NCBI GenBank assembly: GCA_963702475.1
Contig: CAVPCT010000003.1
Coordinates: forward strand, 512,001-576,000
Source of the DNA: an uncultured Thermoleophilia bacterium
Lineage (GTDB): Bacteria > Actinomycetota > Thermoleophilia > UBA2241
Reading direction: 5' to 3'
Length of the DNA: 64,000 nucleotides
The translations under genes were made by a program, and so were the position numbers. The notes beneath the pieces were generated by a model, which was not told the DNA's origin, made no database searches, and saw nothing but the letters and a program-made list of their open reading frames with translations. Of this stretch, positions 21,205-30,867 are shown piece after piece; positions within the stretch are counted from its first letter, which is position 1; each line of letters opens with the position of its first letter.

Positions 21205-21978
21205 GTGCTGCTCGCCGTCGACGTCGGCAACACCCAGACGCACATCGGGGTCTCCGAAGCGGGGGAGATCATCAGCGAGTGGCGTCTGGCCACGGTGCGC
21301 CACCGCACCAGCGACGAGATCGCCGGCCTGCTGCAGGGGTTCTTCTCGCTCCAGGGCCTGCGGCTCAAGGAGGCGATCGACGAGGTCGGCATCGCCTCGG
21401 TGGTACCGCGGCTCACGCAGCAGTGGGAGGAGATGTGCGAGAAGCACCTGGGAGTGCGGGCGTTCGTCGTGGGCCCCGGGGGGCGCACCGGCATGCGCAT
21501 CATCATGAAGAACCCGGCCGAGGTGGGCGCCGACCGCATCGTCAACGCGGTCGCGGCCTTCGAGAGGTACGGGGGGCCGTGCATCGTGGCCGACTACGGC
21601 ACGGCCACCACGTTCGACGTGGTCTCCGCGGAGGGTGACTACATCGGCGGCGTCATCGCCCCCGGCATCGAGGTGTCGCTCGAGGCTCTCACTTCGCGTG
21701 CCGCCAAGCTGATCAAGGTCGAGGTCGCCGAGCCCGAGCACGCCATCGGCAAGTCCACTATCGAGGCCCTGCAGTCGGGCGCTGTGTACGGCTTCGCCGG
21801 CGAGATCGAGGGCATCGTGCACGCGGTGTGGCGCGAGCTCGGGCAGGAGGTGCCGGTGATCGCCACCGGCGGTCTCGCCGCGCTCATCGCCCGTCACACC
21901 GACGTCATCTCGTTCGTCGACCCATACCTCACGCTCCGCGGCATCGAGCTGGTGATGCGGCGCCAGCAGCGCGACTGA
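21205..21978 (+). CDS. coaX: Type III pantothenate kinase
   Basis: LLAVDVGNT, SVVP, EVGADRIVN, DYGTATT, GGVIAPG, VIATGG. Confidence 0.96.
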   Translation: MLLAVDVGNTQTHIGVSEAGEIISEWRLATVRHRTSDEIAGLLQGFFSLQGLRLKEAIDEVGIASVVPRLTQQWEEMCEKHLGVRAFVVGPGGRTGMRIIMKNPAEVGADRIVNAVAAFERYGGPCIVADYGTATTFDVVSAEGDYIGGVIAPGIEVSLEALTSRAAKLIKVEVAEPEHAIGKSTIEALQSGAVYGFAGEIEGIVHAVWRELGQEVPVIATGGLAALIARHTDVISFVDPYLTLRGIELVMRRQQRD

Positions 21979-21991
21979 CGCGCGACGCGCC

Positions 21992-23137
21992 GTGAATACC
22001 CCCCGAAGCAGAGGTATCGAGGGGGGCGTCGAAGGCGAGCCCCTCTGCGGCAGGCGCGTGACGGACCAGCCGCCGTCCGGCGGCGAGGCCCGGCCGCACG
22101 ACGAGGCAGGGGGGGCGCCCCGGCCTCCCGGCGGTGGCCAGGGGGCCGTCCCGGCGAAAGGGGACAGCCGGCTGTCGGCGCCCCTGCGCATCGGCCCGCT
22201 CGCGGTCGGCTCGCGCCTGTTCATGGCGCCCATGGCCGGCATCACCACGCCGCCGTTTCGCGCCTCGGTGCGCCGCTGGGGAGCCGGCCTCGTGTTCACG
22301 GAGATGATCTCCGCGTGCGGCGTGCACTACCGCAACCGCCGCACGCTGGACTACCTTGCATGTCGTGAGGACGAGCACCCGATCGGTTACCAGCTGTTCG
22401 GGGCCGAGCCGGAGGTGCTCGCGGACGCCGCCGCAGCGGCCATCGAGGCCGGTGCCGATCTCGTGGACATCAACATGGCGTGCCCGGTGCGCAAGGTCGT
22501 CAAGACCGGTGCGGGCGCGGCGCTGCTGGCCGAGCCGGACCGCGCCTCAGCGATCGTCGCGGCTGTGGTGCGCGCCGCCGGCCCGCGCGTACCGGTCACC
22601 GTCAAGATGCGCTCCGGGCTGCGCGACGGCGACGAGGCGTGGCGCAGGGTGGCGCCGCTCCTCATCGAGGCCGGCGCCGCCGCGCTGTGCATCCACCCGC
22701 GGACGGCCGGGCAGCTGTACCGGGGGCACGCCGATCACGATGTGACGAGGGCGCTCGCGGCCGAGGCACCCGTTCCCGTGATCGCCTCCGGCGACGTGGA
22801 CGGCCGCGCCGCGGCTCTCGCCCTGCTCGACGCCGGCGCCGCGGCGGTGATGCTCGCGCGCGGCGCTCTCGGCCGGCCGTGGCTCTTCCGCGAGGTGCTG
22901 GACGGCGCGCCGCCCCCGCCGCAGGCGGCGCGCCTGGCCGAGCTGCGCGCCTTCGTGGCCGACGTGCTGGCCGACATGGGTCCGCGCGCCGTCGGCCACC
23001 TGCGCCAGTTCTGGCCGCGGTTCCGGCGCAGCGGGACGATCGACAAGCCGCTCTCGCTGGCGCTCATGCACGCGGCCGCGGAGGCCGAGCTCCGCGACCT
23101 CCTCGGCCTTCACGGATCGCCGGCGCCCGGCCGGTGA
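21992..23137 (+). CDS. dusB: tRNA-dihydrouridine synthase (DusB-like)
   Basis: APMAGIT..FR, TEMIS, QLFG, DINMACP, GAGAALL, PVTVKMR.G, HPRT; true start probably further downstream. Confidence 0.88.
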   Translation: MNTPRSRGIEGGVEGEPLCGRRVTDQPPSGGEARPHDEAGGAPRPPGGGQGAVPAKGDSRLSAPLRIGPLAVGSRLFMAPMAGITTPPFRASVRRWGAGLVFTEMISACGVHYRNRRTLDYLACREDEHPIGYQLFGAEPEVLADAAAAAIEAGADLVDINMACPVRKVVKTGAGAALLAEPDRASAIVAAVVRAAGPRVPVTVKMRSGLRDGDEAWRRVAPLLIEAGAAALCIHPRTAGQLYRGHADHDVTRALAAEAPVPVIASGDVDGRAAALALLDAGAAAVMLARGALGRPWLFREVLDGAPPPPQAARLAELRAFVADVLADMGPRAVGHLRQFWPRFRRSGTIDKPLSLALMHAAAEAELRDLLGLHGSPAPGR

Positions 23138-23294
23138 CGGCAGGGTGCCGGCCGCCGCCGGGCTCTTTCCGGCGACCTCGCCGGGTCCTCCGCGACCCGT
23201 TTGCGCGCGCCCCCCCGATGGCCTATACTTTCCGACCGTTCGGCGCGCGGTCGCTCTCTGGCGGCCGCGCCGTCGTGTTGAAGAGGAGGAACCA

Positions 23295-23774
23295 GTGGTC
23301 GACCGCGAGATCATCCTCACCCCCGAGGGCTTCCAGCGCCTCAAGGAGGAGATCGAGTACCTGTCGAGCGTCAAGCGCGACGAGGTCGCCGAGCGCATCC
23401 GGGCATCTCGCGACTTCGGCGACATCTCGGAGAACTCGGAGTACGACGACGCCAAGAACGAACAGGCCATGCTCGAGGCGCGCATCTACGCGCTCGAGGA
23501 GCGACTGCGCAGCGCCATCGTCATCGATTCCGACGCCATCAGCACCGATACCGTGGGCGTGGGCACCAAGGTCACCCTGCAGGACATGAAGGCCGGAGAC
23601 GTTGTCCAGTACAGCATCGTGGGCTCCGCCGAAGCCGACCCGTCGGCGCACAAGCTGTCCAACGAGTCGCCCGTGGGCAGGGCGATCATCGGACACAAGC
23701 CCGGCGACAAGGTCACGGTGAGCGTCCCCCAGGGCTCCAAGAAGTTCAAGGTCCTGGCCATCGAGAAGGCCTGA
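23295..23774 (+). CDS. greA: Transcription elongation factor GreA
   Basis: LTPEG...L.EE, GDISENSEYDDAK, IVGS.EADP...SNESPVG.A; SD GAGGAGG. Confidence 0.97.
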   Translation: MVDREIILTPEGFQRLKEEIEYLSSVKRDEVAERIRASRDFGDISENSEYDDAKNEQAMLEARIYALEERLRSAIVIDSDAISTDTVGVGTKVTLQDMKAGDVVQYSIVGSAEADPSAHKLSNESPVGRAIIGHKPGDKVTVSVPQGSKKFKVLAIEKA

Positions 23775-23784
23775 TCCCGGCGCC

Positions 23785-25269
23785 GTGGAGGAGCGTAGCG
23801 ACCACGGCGACGTCTTCGCCGAGCGTCGCGCCAAGCTCGCGGCGTGGCGCGAGACCGGCGCCGCGTATCCCACCCGGTACCAGCCTCGCGACGAGATAGG
23901 GCCGTTGCACGATGCGTACGCGTCGCTGGAGGCGGGCCAGGATTCGCCCGACGTGCACCGCATCGCCGGCCGTGTCATGGCCCGCCGCGTGCACGGCAAG
24001 CTCACCTTCGTCGTCCTCAAGGACCTGAGCGGCGAGCTGCAGCTCTTCTGCCAGCTCGACGCCTTGGGCGAGGAGAGCTACGCGGCGCTCGAGGGCCTCG
24101 ATCTCGGCGACTTCGTCGGCGCCGAGGGCGCCGTGATGCGCACCCGTCGCGGTGAACTGAGCCTGCGTGTCACCTCCTGGGAGCTGCTCAGCAAATCGCT
24201 GCGCCCGCTGCCGGAGAAGTACCACGGCCTCACCGACGTCGAGACGCGCTATCGCAAGCGCTATCTGGACCTGGCGGCCAACGACGACTCGCGCGAGGTG
24301 TTCATCAAGCGCGCGAAGATCATCGCCACCGTCCGCCGCTTCCTCGATGCGCGCGGGTTCATCGAGGTGGAGACGCCGGTGCTGCAGCCGCTCTACGGCG
24401 GCGCCCTGGCCAAGCCGTTCATCACGCACCACAACGAGCTTGAGCGCGACCTCTACCTGCGCATCGCCGTCGAGTTGTATCTCAAGCGCTGCATCATCGG
24501 CGGCATCGACCGCGTCTACGAGATCGGCAAGGACTTCCGCAACGAGGGCGTGAGCTACAAGCACAACCCCGAGTTCACCATGCTCGAGACGTACGAGGCC
24601 TACGTGGACTACAACCACGTCATGACCATGGTGGAGGAGATGGTCGCCGAGGCGGCTCGCGCCGTCGGCGGCCTCCAGGTGCACTTCCGCGGCCACGACA
24701 TCGACCTCACACCGCCGTGGCCGCGCCTCACCATGCGCAAGGCCATCGAGCAGGAGACCGGCATCGACATCGGCGCCGACGACGCACGCACGGTGGCCGA
24801 CCTGCAGGCGCGCATGCGCGACAAGGGGCTCGACGGGGCTGTTCAACCGGCGCCGACCTGGGGCACCCAGGTCGACGAGCTGTTCAGCGAGTGCGTCGAG
24901 CCCAAGCTCATCCAGCCGGTGTTCATCACCGAGCACCCGCTGGAGACCAGCCCCTTCGCCAAGAAGACGCCACACGACCCGCGCTTCGTGGAGCGCTTCG
25001 AGGGCTTCATCGCCGGCATGGAGACCAGCAACGCCTTCAGCGAGCTCAACGACCCCGACGACCAGCGCGAGCGCTTCGTGCAGCAGATGGCCGACCTGGC
25101 CGACGGCGACGAGACGGCGCACCGGCTGGACGAGGACTTCCTCGAGGCCATGGAGCACGGCATGCCGCCCACCGGCGGACTCGGCATGGGCATCGATCGC
25201 ATCGTGATGATCCTCACCGGGGCGCCGAGCATCCGCGACGTCATCCTGTTTCCGGCGCTGCGCAGCTAG
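23785..25269 (+). CDS. lysS: Lysine--tRNA ligase (class II)
   Basis: LRPLPEKYHGL.D.ETRYR.RYLDL, GGALAKPFITHHN, YEIGKDFRNEG..KHNPEFTMLE, HGMPPTGGLGMGIDR. Confidence 0.98.
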   Translation: MEERSDHGDVFAERRAKLAAWRETGAAYPTRYQPRDEIGPLHDAYASLEAGQDSPDVHRIAGRVMARRVHGKLTFVVLKDLSGELQLFCQLDALGEESYAALEGLDLGDFVGAEGAVMRTRRGELSLRVTSWELLSKSLRPLPEKYHGLTDVETRYRKRYLDLAANDDSREVFIKRAKIIATVRRFLDARGFIEVETPVLQPLYGGALAKPFITHHNELERDLYLRIAVELYLKRCIIGGIDRVYEIGKDFRNEGVSYKHNPEFTMLETYEAYVDYNHVMTMVEEMVAEAARAVGGLQVHFRGHDIDLTPPWPRLTMRKAIEQETGIDIGADDARTVADLQARMRDKGLDGAVQPAPTWGTQVDELFSECVEPKLIQPVFITEHPLETSPFAKKTPHDPRFVERFEGFIAGMETSNAFSELNDPDDQRERFVQQMADLADGDETAHRLDEDFLEAMEHGMPPTGGLGMGIDRIVMILTGAPSIRDVILFPALRS

Positions 25270-25455
25270 CGCGGCAGACTCAGCGTGAGCTTTGCTCGCT
25301 GCCTGCCAACGAACACGGCACGCCAGTGACACCCTGCGGCCGCACGCACCTGGTGCCGTCCCTCGTGCATGATGGGCTTCGTTTCTGCGAGTACCGGCTC
25401 CTCCCGGATCAGGACGTTGACTTCGCCCGCAGTGTCCAGCGGAGGCATGTAGTAG

Positions 25456-25779
25456 ATGGCTAAGGAACTCAGTGAGCTACGCGACGAGTTGTGCCGCAGT
25501 ACGACGGACTTCTGTCACGTGTGCTTTGAAGGCTCCGTCCACCGCCGCGAGCAGAATCCGCCCAATGTGTTCCGCGGTGCAGGGCGCCGAGATCCTGACC
25601 TGTTCTTCGTCTTCGAAAAGCCGAACGACAACGACGCCTTTCGGGCCAGCGATGCCATTCCAGTCTCGGTCTTCGATCCCCGACCACTACTCGGCGTCCG
25701 CCAGCCTAGCTACGAGAACCTCCTTCGCCTTCTCGAGCTCGTCGGCTTGGCGGCCCCTACGCCGGCGCCGCCTGCCTGA
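25456..25779 (+). pseudogene. Truncated uracil-DNA-glycosylase-like (family 4-like) gene fragment
   Basis: SD GGAGG; CxxC then VFRGAG...DLFFVFEKP resembling VFGEG.P.A.LMFVGEAP; 107 aa, ends inside an attC-like hairpin. Confidence 0.45.
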
Positions 25780-25829
25780 CGATTCTCCTGAGGGCGAACG
25801 CGCCGCTGGTGATGCCAGGAACGTTCGGC
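25767..25829 (+). mobile_element. Partial attC-like site (central stem plus right arm, R' GTTCGGC)
   Basis: CGGCGC...GCGCCG stem followed by CTGGTGATGCCAGGAAC-GTTCGGC upstream of the vapB promoter. Confidence 0.45.
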
Positions 25830-25899
25830 TCATGCTGGAAGGTGGGCACAATCGACGGGGTGATGTACACTGACGATGTACATTCGGCGGAGGTGCAGC

Positions 25900-26154
25900 A
25901 TGCAGCGAACCCAGATCTACCTCACGGATCGCGAACAGACGGCGGTCAAGTCGATCGCGCGGCGCTTGGGCAAGACCCAGAGCGAGGTGATCCGCACCGC
26001 GGTGGACCGATTCATCGATCGCGAGACCTCCTCAAGTCAGCTCGACCTGCTTCGCAGCGCAAGGGGACTGTGGAAGGATCGCCAGGACCTGCCCGACGCG
26101 GATGTCCTGCGGCGCGAATGGGACCGGCCGGACGTCGGAGCTGACGACTCGTGA
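25900..26154 (+). CDS. vapB: Ribbon-helix-helix (CopG-like) antitoxin
   Basis: MQRTQIYLT beta-strand, SEVIRTAVDRF helix; overlaps PIN gene (GTGA); SD GGAGG; two TGTACA palindromes upstream (25864-69, 25877-82). Confidence 0.85.
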   Translation: MQRTQIYLTDREQTAVKSIARRLGKTQSEVIRTAVDRFIDRETSSSQLDLLRSARGLWKDRQDLPDADVLRREWDRPDVGADDS

Positions 26155-26540
26155 CGGCGAACCGCTTCCTCCTTGATACCGATGTGATCATCGAGTACCT
26201 GCGCGGCCGCGATGAGGCGATCCGGTATCTCGAGTCTCTCGAAGGCAGGTTGTACGTCTCGGCCATCACTGCGGCGGAGCTCTACTCGGGCGCGAGGGGC
26301 AAGGATGAGGAGTCGGCGCTCGAGCAGTTCCTGGACGCATTCGAGGTCATCCCTGTCGATCGGGCGCTCGCTCGCCTCGGGGGCCTGTGCAGGCAGCGCT
26401 ACCGGCCGGCTCACGGCACCGGACTCGCGGATGCGATCGTGGCGATGTCGGCCGAGTCCGAACATGCGGCGCTGGTGACATTCAACGGACGGCACTATCC
26501 CATGGTCAAGGGCGTCATCGTGCCGTATGTCCGCAGCTGA
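26151..26540 (+). CDS. vapC: PIN-domain toxin
   Basis: LLDTDVIIEYLRG, SAIT.AELY.G, GLADAIVA, LVTFN.RHY. Confidence 0.92.
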   Translation: MTANRFLLDTDVIIEYLRGRDEAIRYLESLEGRLYVSAITAAELYSGARGKDEESALEQFLDAFEVIPVDRALARLGGLCRQRYRPAHGTGLADAIVAMSAESEHAALVTFNGRHYPMVKGVIVPYVRS

Positions 26541-26648
26541 GCAGTGTCGGGCAATGAGATCGAGCCGAAAACGCTACGGGCCGCCTCGCGAGCATGGCGG
26601 GAGACGTCGGGTCTGCCTTCCATACCCGCCGGCACGTGGAGGTCGAAC

Positions 26649-26720
26649 GTGGGCTTCGAGCTCGACGAGGGCAAGAGCCTTGCCAACAAGGCCATAGCCA
26701 GGCACGGCATCGACTGTTGA
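26649..26720 (+). pseudogene. BrnT toxin N-terminal remnant
   Basis: SD GGAGG then GTG: MGFELDEGKSLANKAIARHGIDC*, resembling BrnT MxFEWDxxKxxxNxxKHGIDF. Confidence 0.6.
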
Positions 26721-26947
26721 GCGCCTGGCAATGGCAAGCTGAGCCAGATCGGAGTCCTCACCAGACGCGCGGCTTCTTCGGTCGATTGGCAGGGTGAGTC
26801 GTTCTCCGACACTCCACTGTGCGGCGCCTCACCGCCTCGCGCCTCAGGCGTCCCAGCTCCTCCTGGCCCTGGGGCGTCACGCTCGCTCGGTAGCGGTGGC
26901 GTTGGACAGAACCATGGACCCGGCTGGTCGTCACCCGGTATTCACGC

Positions 26948-26976
26948 TTGACGTTACTAACGCGTAACATTACTAT
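26948..26976 (+). promoter_or_regulatory. higBA promoter with overlapping palindromic operator; leaderless transcript
   Basis: TTGACG-17 nt-TACTAT; GTTAC-N6-GTAAC (26953-26968) in the spacer; ATG begins 7 nt after the -10. Confidence 0.8.
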
Positions 26977-26982
26977 CCAGGC

Positions 26983-27261
26983 ATGATTGTCTCGTTCAAG
27001 GACGGCGACACCGAGCAGCTGGCATCGGGGCGGCGCGTGGTGAGGTTCGTGAACATCGAGGCGGTCGCCCGGCGCAAGCTGCGGCAGCTCGAGATCGCCG
27101 GACGGCTCGAAGACCTGCGCGTGCCCCCAGGTAACCGGCTCGAGGCGTTGCGGGGCGACCGCACCGGCCTGCACAGCATCCGCGTCAACGACCAGTTCCG
27201 TGTCTGCTTCCGCTGGACGGCCGGCGGCGCCGAGGACGTGGAGATCGTGGACTACCACTAG
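26983..27261 (+). CDS. higB: HigB toxin (RelE/ParE family)
   Basis: MIVSFKD..T, VARRKL.QL, DLRVPPGNRLEAL.GDR.G.HSIRVNDQFRVCF.W, VEIVDYH. Confidence 0.95.
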   Translation: MIVSFKDGDTEQLASGRRVVRFVNIEAVARRKLRQLEIAGRLEDLRVPPGNRLEALRGDRTGLHSIRVNDQFRVCFRWTAGGAEDVEIVDYH

Positions 27262-27270
27262 GAGCGACGG

Positions 27271-27573
27271 ATGGACGAGAAGCTCAAGCCCGTGAGCCCC
27301 GGCGAGCTGCTGCTCGAGGAGTTCCTCCTGCCCATGGGTATCACCAAATACCGTCTGGCCAAGGAGATCAGCGTGCCCGCGCAGCGCATCGGCGAGATCG
27401 TTGCGGGCCGGCGCGCCATCACCGCCGACACCGACCTGCGGCTGTGCCGCTTCTTCGGTCTCTCCAACGGCTATTGGCTGCGCGCCCAGGCGGCGCACGA
27501 CACCGAGGTCGCCGAAGTGGCGCTGGCCGACCAGCTGGCGCGGATCAAGCCGTGGAGGGAGTCGGCGGCCTGA
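27271..27573 (+). CDS. higA: HigA antitoxin (XRE HTH)
   Basis: PGELLLEEFL.P.GIT.YRLAKEI.VP..RI.EIV.GRRAITADT.LRL.RFFG. Confidence 0.95.
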   Translation: MDEKLKPVSPGELLLEEFLLPMGITKYRLAKEISVPAQRIGEIVAGRRAITADTDLRLCRFFGLSNGYWLRAQAAHDTEVAEVALADQLARIKPWRESAA

Positions 27574-27586
27574 GGGTGGCGGGTCA

Positions 27587-27673
27587 GTCCAACAAGCGGA
27601 TCAAGCCGATGGCGCCAGCGCTGTTCAAGCGCAAGGGTTCGACCACGGCCACGGTCACTGCCTTCGGATAGAC
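27587..27673 (+). mobile_element. attC-like site after higA (clear left arm, degenerate right arm)
   Basis: R'' GTCCAAC + 5 nt + GATCAAGCCGATGGC; right arm GCCACGGTCACTGC...GATAGAC; R'' is the exact complement of GTTGGAC at 26901-26907 preceding higB. Confidence 0.55.
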
Positions 27674-27704
27674 CGGGCTCGAACGCGGACTGAGGGGATG
27701 GGGA

Positions 27705-28622
27705 ATGGCTGTTCCTGGCTTCGAGTCGCTCATGCTGCCCGTTCTGGCGTTTCTCGGCGACGGGAAGATCCGGCGACCCGCGGAGATCTACGACCCCGTC
27801 GCCGCCAGGCTCGGAATCAGCGCAGAAGACCAGAGCGCCATGCTGCCCAGTGGTGCGATGAGCCGCTACCGGAATCGCATCCTGTGGGCGCTCCATCACA
27901 TGAAGCGCGCGGGTGTGGTCGCCTCTCCCAGCCGCGGCCGGTACGTGATCGCAGACCAGGGCAGGGCGCTGCTCGAGCAGGCTCCGTCCGCCGTCACCAT
28001 GAAGACGCTCGAGCAGTATGCGGAGTACCAGGAGTTCAAGGAGCGCGGGCGTCACAAGCCCACACCATCCGAGGTGACCGCCGACGATGTCGAGACGAGC
28101 ACGCCCGAAGAGCGGCTGCAGGCCGCATACGAGGAGATGCAGGATCACGTCGCGGCTGAGGTCCTCGAACGTCTTCGGGGGGTCGATCCGCTTCGCTTCG
28201 AGGGGATTGTCCTCGAAGTGCTGACGGCGATGGGCTACGGGGGCTCTGACCCTGAACGCGCGACGCTCACCGCCTACAGCCATGACGGTGGGCTGGACGG
28301 CGTCATCAACGAAGACCCGCTCGGTCTCGACCAGGTCGTCGTGCAGGCGAAGCGGCATAACTCCGCGGTCGACGTGAAGCTCATCCGGGAGTTTGCTGGC
28401 TCACTCGACGAGCACGGAACCGACAAGGGGGTGTTCTTCGCGACGGACAAGTTCACAGGACCGGCGCTCGACTACGTGAAGTCCATCAAGAAACGCATCA
28501 TCCTCATCGACGGCGCAGAGCTGGCGCGACTGATGGTCGTTCACGGGGTTGGCGTTGTTGTGGCCCAAGAACTCAAGATCGTCCGAGTCGACGGCGACTT
28601 CTTCGAGGATTCGGGTATCTAG
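27705..28622 (+). CDS. mrr: Mrr type IV restriction endonuclease
   Basis: MAVP.F.SLMLP.L winged-helix N-terminus, LPSG....NR..WA, FE..V..L..MGYG, DGGLDGVINEDPLGLD...VQAKR, ILIDG..L..LM..HGVGV. Confidence 0.93.
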   Translation: MAVPGFESLMLPVLAFLGDGKIRRPAEIYDPVAARLGISAEDQSAMLPSGAMSRYRNRILWALHHMKRAGVVASPSRGRYVIADQGRALLEQAPSAVTMKTLEQYAEYQEFKERGRHKPTPSEVTADDVETSTPEERLQAAYEEMQDHVAAEVLERLRGVDPLRFEGIVLEVLTAMGYGGSDPERATLTAYSHDGGLDGVINEDPLGLDQVVVQAKRHNSAVDVKLIREFAGSLDEHGTDKGVFFATDKFTGPALDYVKSIKKRIILIDGAELARLMVVHGVGVVVAQELKIVRVDGDFFEDSGI

Positions 28623-28695
28623 GCTCGCTCGCGCACGAGTGGGATGGGGCTGTCAGGCACCTGGATGCGACCGAGGCTCCTCGCGACCTCGTGCC

Positions 28696-30853
28696 TCAGG
28701 CCTCCTGAGGCGCCGGCTCGCAGGCGCCGTCGCCCACGGCCGGCGCGTCCGCGGTCTCTCCGTCCAGCTCCTCACGCGCCGCCCGCTTCGTCCAGCGCGG
28801 CCCCGGCCACCCGGCCTTCGGCCCGATCCACAGCGTCAGGCCGGGCACCAGCGCCGTGCGCACCAGGAACGTGTCGATGAGCACGCCGAGCGCCACGCCG
28901 ATGCTGATCTCGGCGAGGTCCTTGACCGGCTGCGAGAGCAGGATGAGGAAGGTGCCGGCGAGGATGATGCCGGCGCTGGTGAGCACCCCGCCGGTGGCCG
29001 CCAGCGCCTTCATCGTGCCGTCCTGAAGCCCGCGCAGCAGGGCCTCACCGCGGATGCGCGTGGTGATGAAGATGTTGTAGTCGCTCCCCAGGGCCACCAG
29101 GAAGATGAACATGTACAGCGGGATGCGGTAGCTGATCTCTCCCCAGCCCAGGATCTTCTCGGTGATGACGATGGTCGCGCCGAGGGCGGCGAGGTACGAG
29201 AGCACGTTGGTCAGGAGCAGGTAGAGCGGGGCGACAAGGGCGCGCAGCAGGAGCGCCAGGATGATGCCGACCACCACCAGGGCGATGGCGGCGACCACGA
29301 GCGTGTCGCGGTTGCTGATCTCCCACGTGTCGGCCTGGATGGCGGTGGGGCCGCCCACCAGAGCTTCGCCCCCTCCCTGGGCGGCCGCCTTGCGCGCCGT
29401 CTCCCGCAGTTGCCGCAGTTGCTGCAACGCCTCCTTGGAGTAGGGGTCACCCTCGAAGATCACCTGGAAGCCGAGAAGCCTGCCGTCGTCGGCCGTGCCG
29501 ATGGGGAAGGCCGCCGCCACGCCCGGGCTCTGGTTGAGCGCGCCGGTGATCATGCCGGCGACGAACTCAGGCGGCGCCTCCTCGGACTTGATCAGGACCG
29601 TGGTCGGCGCCAGCGCCCCCTTGGGGAAGTGCTTCTCGAGCAGGGTGAAGCCCTCCTTGGACGGCATGCTGGTGAGGAAGTCGTCGGTGAAGCTGAAGCG
29701 CGGGCTGTAGTAGAAGCACCCGAGGGCGAGCACGACGAGGATGGCCGCGACCAGCGGCGGCCGCGCGGCGGGGCGAGCGGACGACCCGCTCGGCGACCCG
29801 CTGCCAGGCGCCCTGCTTGCCCGCGTCACCCAGCCTGGGCACGCGCGGCCAGAAGGCGCGGCGTCCGAGCAGCGCGAGGATCGCCGGCATGAGCGTGAGG
29901 GCGGCGATGAGGGTGATGAAGACGCCGCCCCCCAGCACCGGCGCGAACGATGTGTAGTCGCCGTACTCCGCGAAGGCCAGGGTGAGCACGGCCAGCGTCA
30001 CCGTGAGGCCGCTGGCGGCGATGGCCTCCCACGTCTCCGCCAGCGCCGTGGCGAGTGCCGTGCGCGCGTCGGGTTCGTGGCGCAACTCCTCGCGGTAGCG
30101 GGAGATGAGGAGCAGGCCGTAGTCGGTGCCGGCACCGAACAGCAGGATCACCATGAGCGAGGTGGCCTGCCCCGAGAGCGTGTCGCCGAAGGCGTTGGCG
30201 CCGATGGCCAGCAGGCCGCCGGCCACGAAGTAGCCGAAGCCCACCGTGATGAGCGGCACGAACGGGAGCACCGGCGAGCGGTAGATGAGCAGGAGCAGCA
30301 CGAGGACGAGGATCACCGTCCCGATCAGCAGCTTGATGTCGGCGTTGAGAAAGATCTTGTACACGTCGGTGATGAGGCCGCCCGGACCGGTGACGCGGAC
30401 CTGCATGCCGCTCACGGAGTCGCCGAAGTGGTCGCGGATGGCCTGCACCGAGTCGCGGAACGACTCCTCGCCGGGGTTGCCGTCAAGGCTCGCGAACACC
30501 AGCGCCCCCCTGCCGTCCTCAGAGAACTGGACGCTGGCGCTGTTGACGGGCTCGGCGCCGCCGGTGAGCCAGGCCTCGCCTTCGCCGACGGCCGCCTTCT
30601 GCGCCTCGGTCAGTGGCGTGTCGGAGCTGTACACCACGATGATGGGCGTGCCCTTGGCGTCGGCGAACTTCTCCTGCTGCAGGGCGTCGGCGCGCTTGCT
30701 CTCCACCGTGGGGGCCAGGGACTTGGAGGCGTCGTTGCTGGTCACGCTCTGGATGGTCGGGCCCATGGAGAGTGCGCCGGCGATCGCGATCCAGACGGCG
30801 ATCACGATCCACGGGTGCCGGCCGCGCGTTGACCAGGTGATGATGTTTCGCAT
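28696..30853 (-). CDS. MMPL/RND family transporter (apparent +1 frameshift at ~29755)
   Basis: Two half ORFs: GAGTDYGLLLISRYREEL and LVALGSDYNIF..RIR, TGGVLTSAGIILAGTF, DTFLVR..LVP; removing one base joins them into ~718 aa. Confidence 0.9.
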
Positions 30854-30867
30854 CGGGCGGGCGCGCC

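Noticed and set aside
28616-28690. attC site after mrr
   Set aside because: Only ATCTAGG at the stop weakly resembles RYYYAAC and no paired arms follow.
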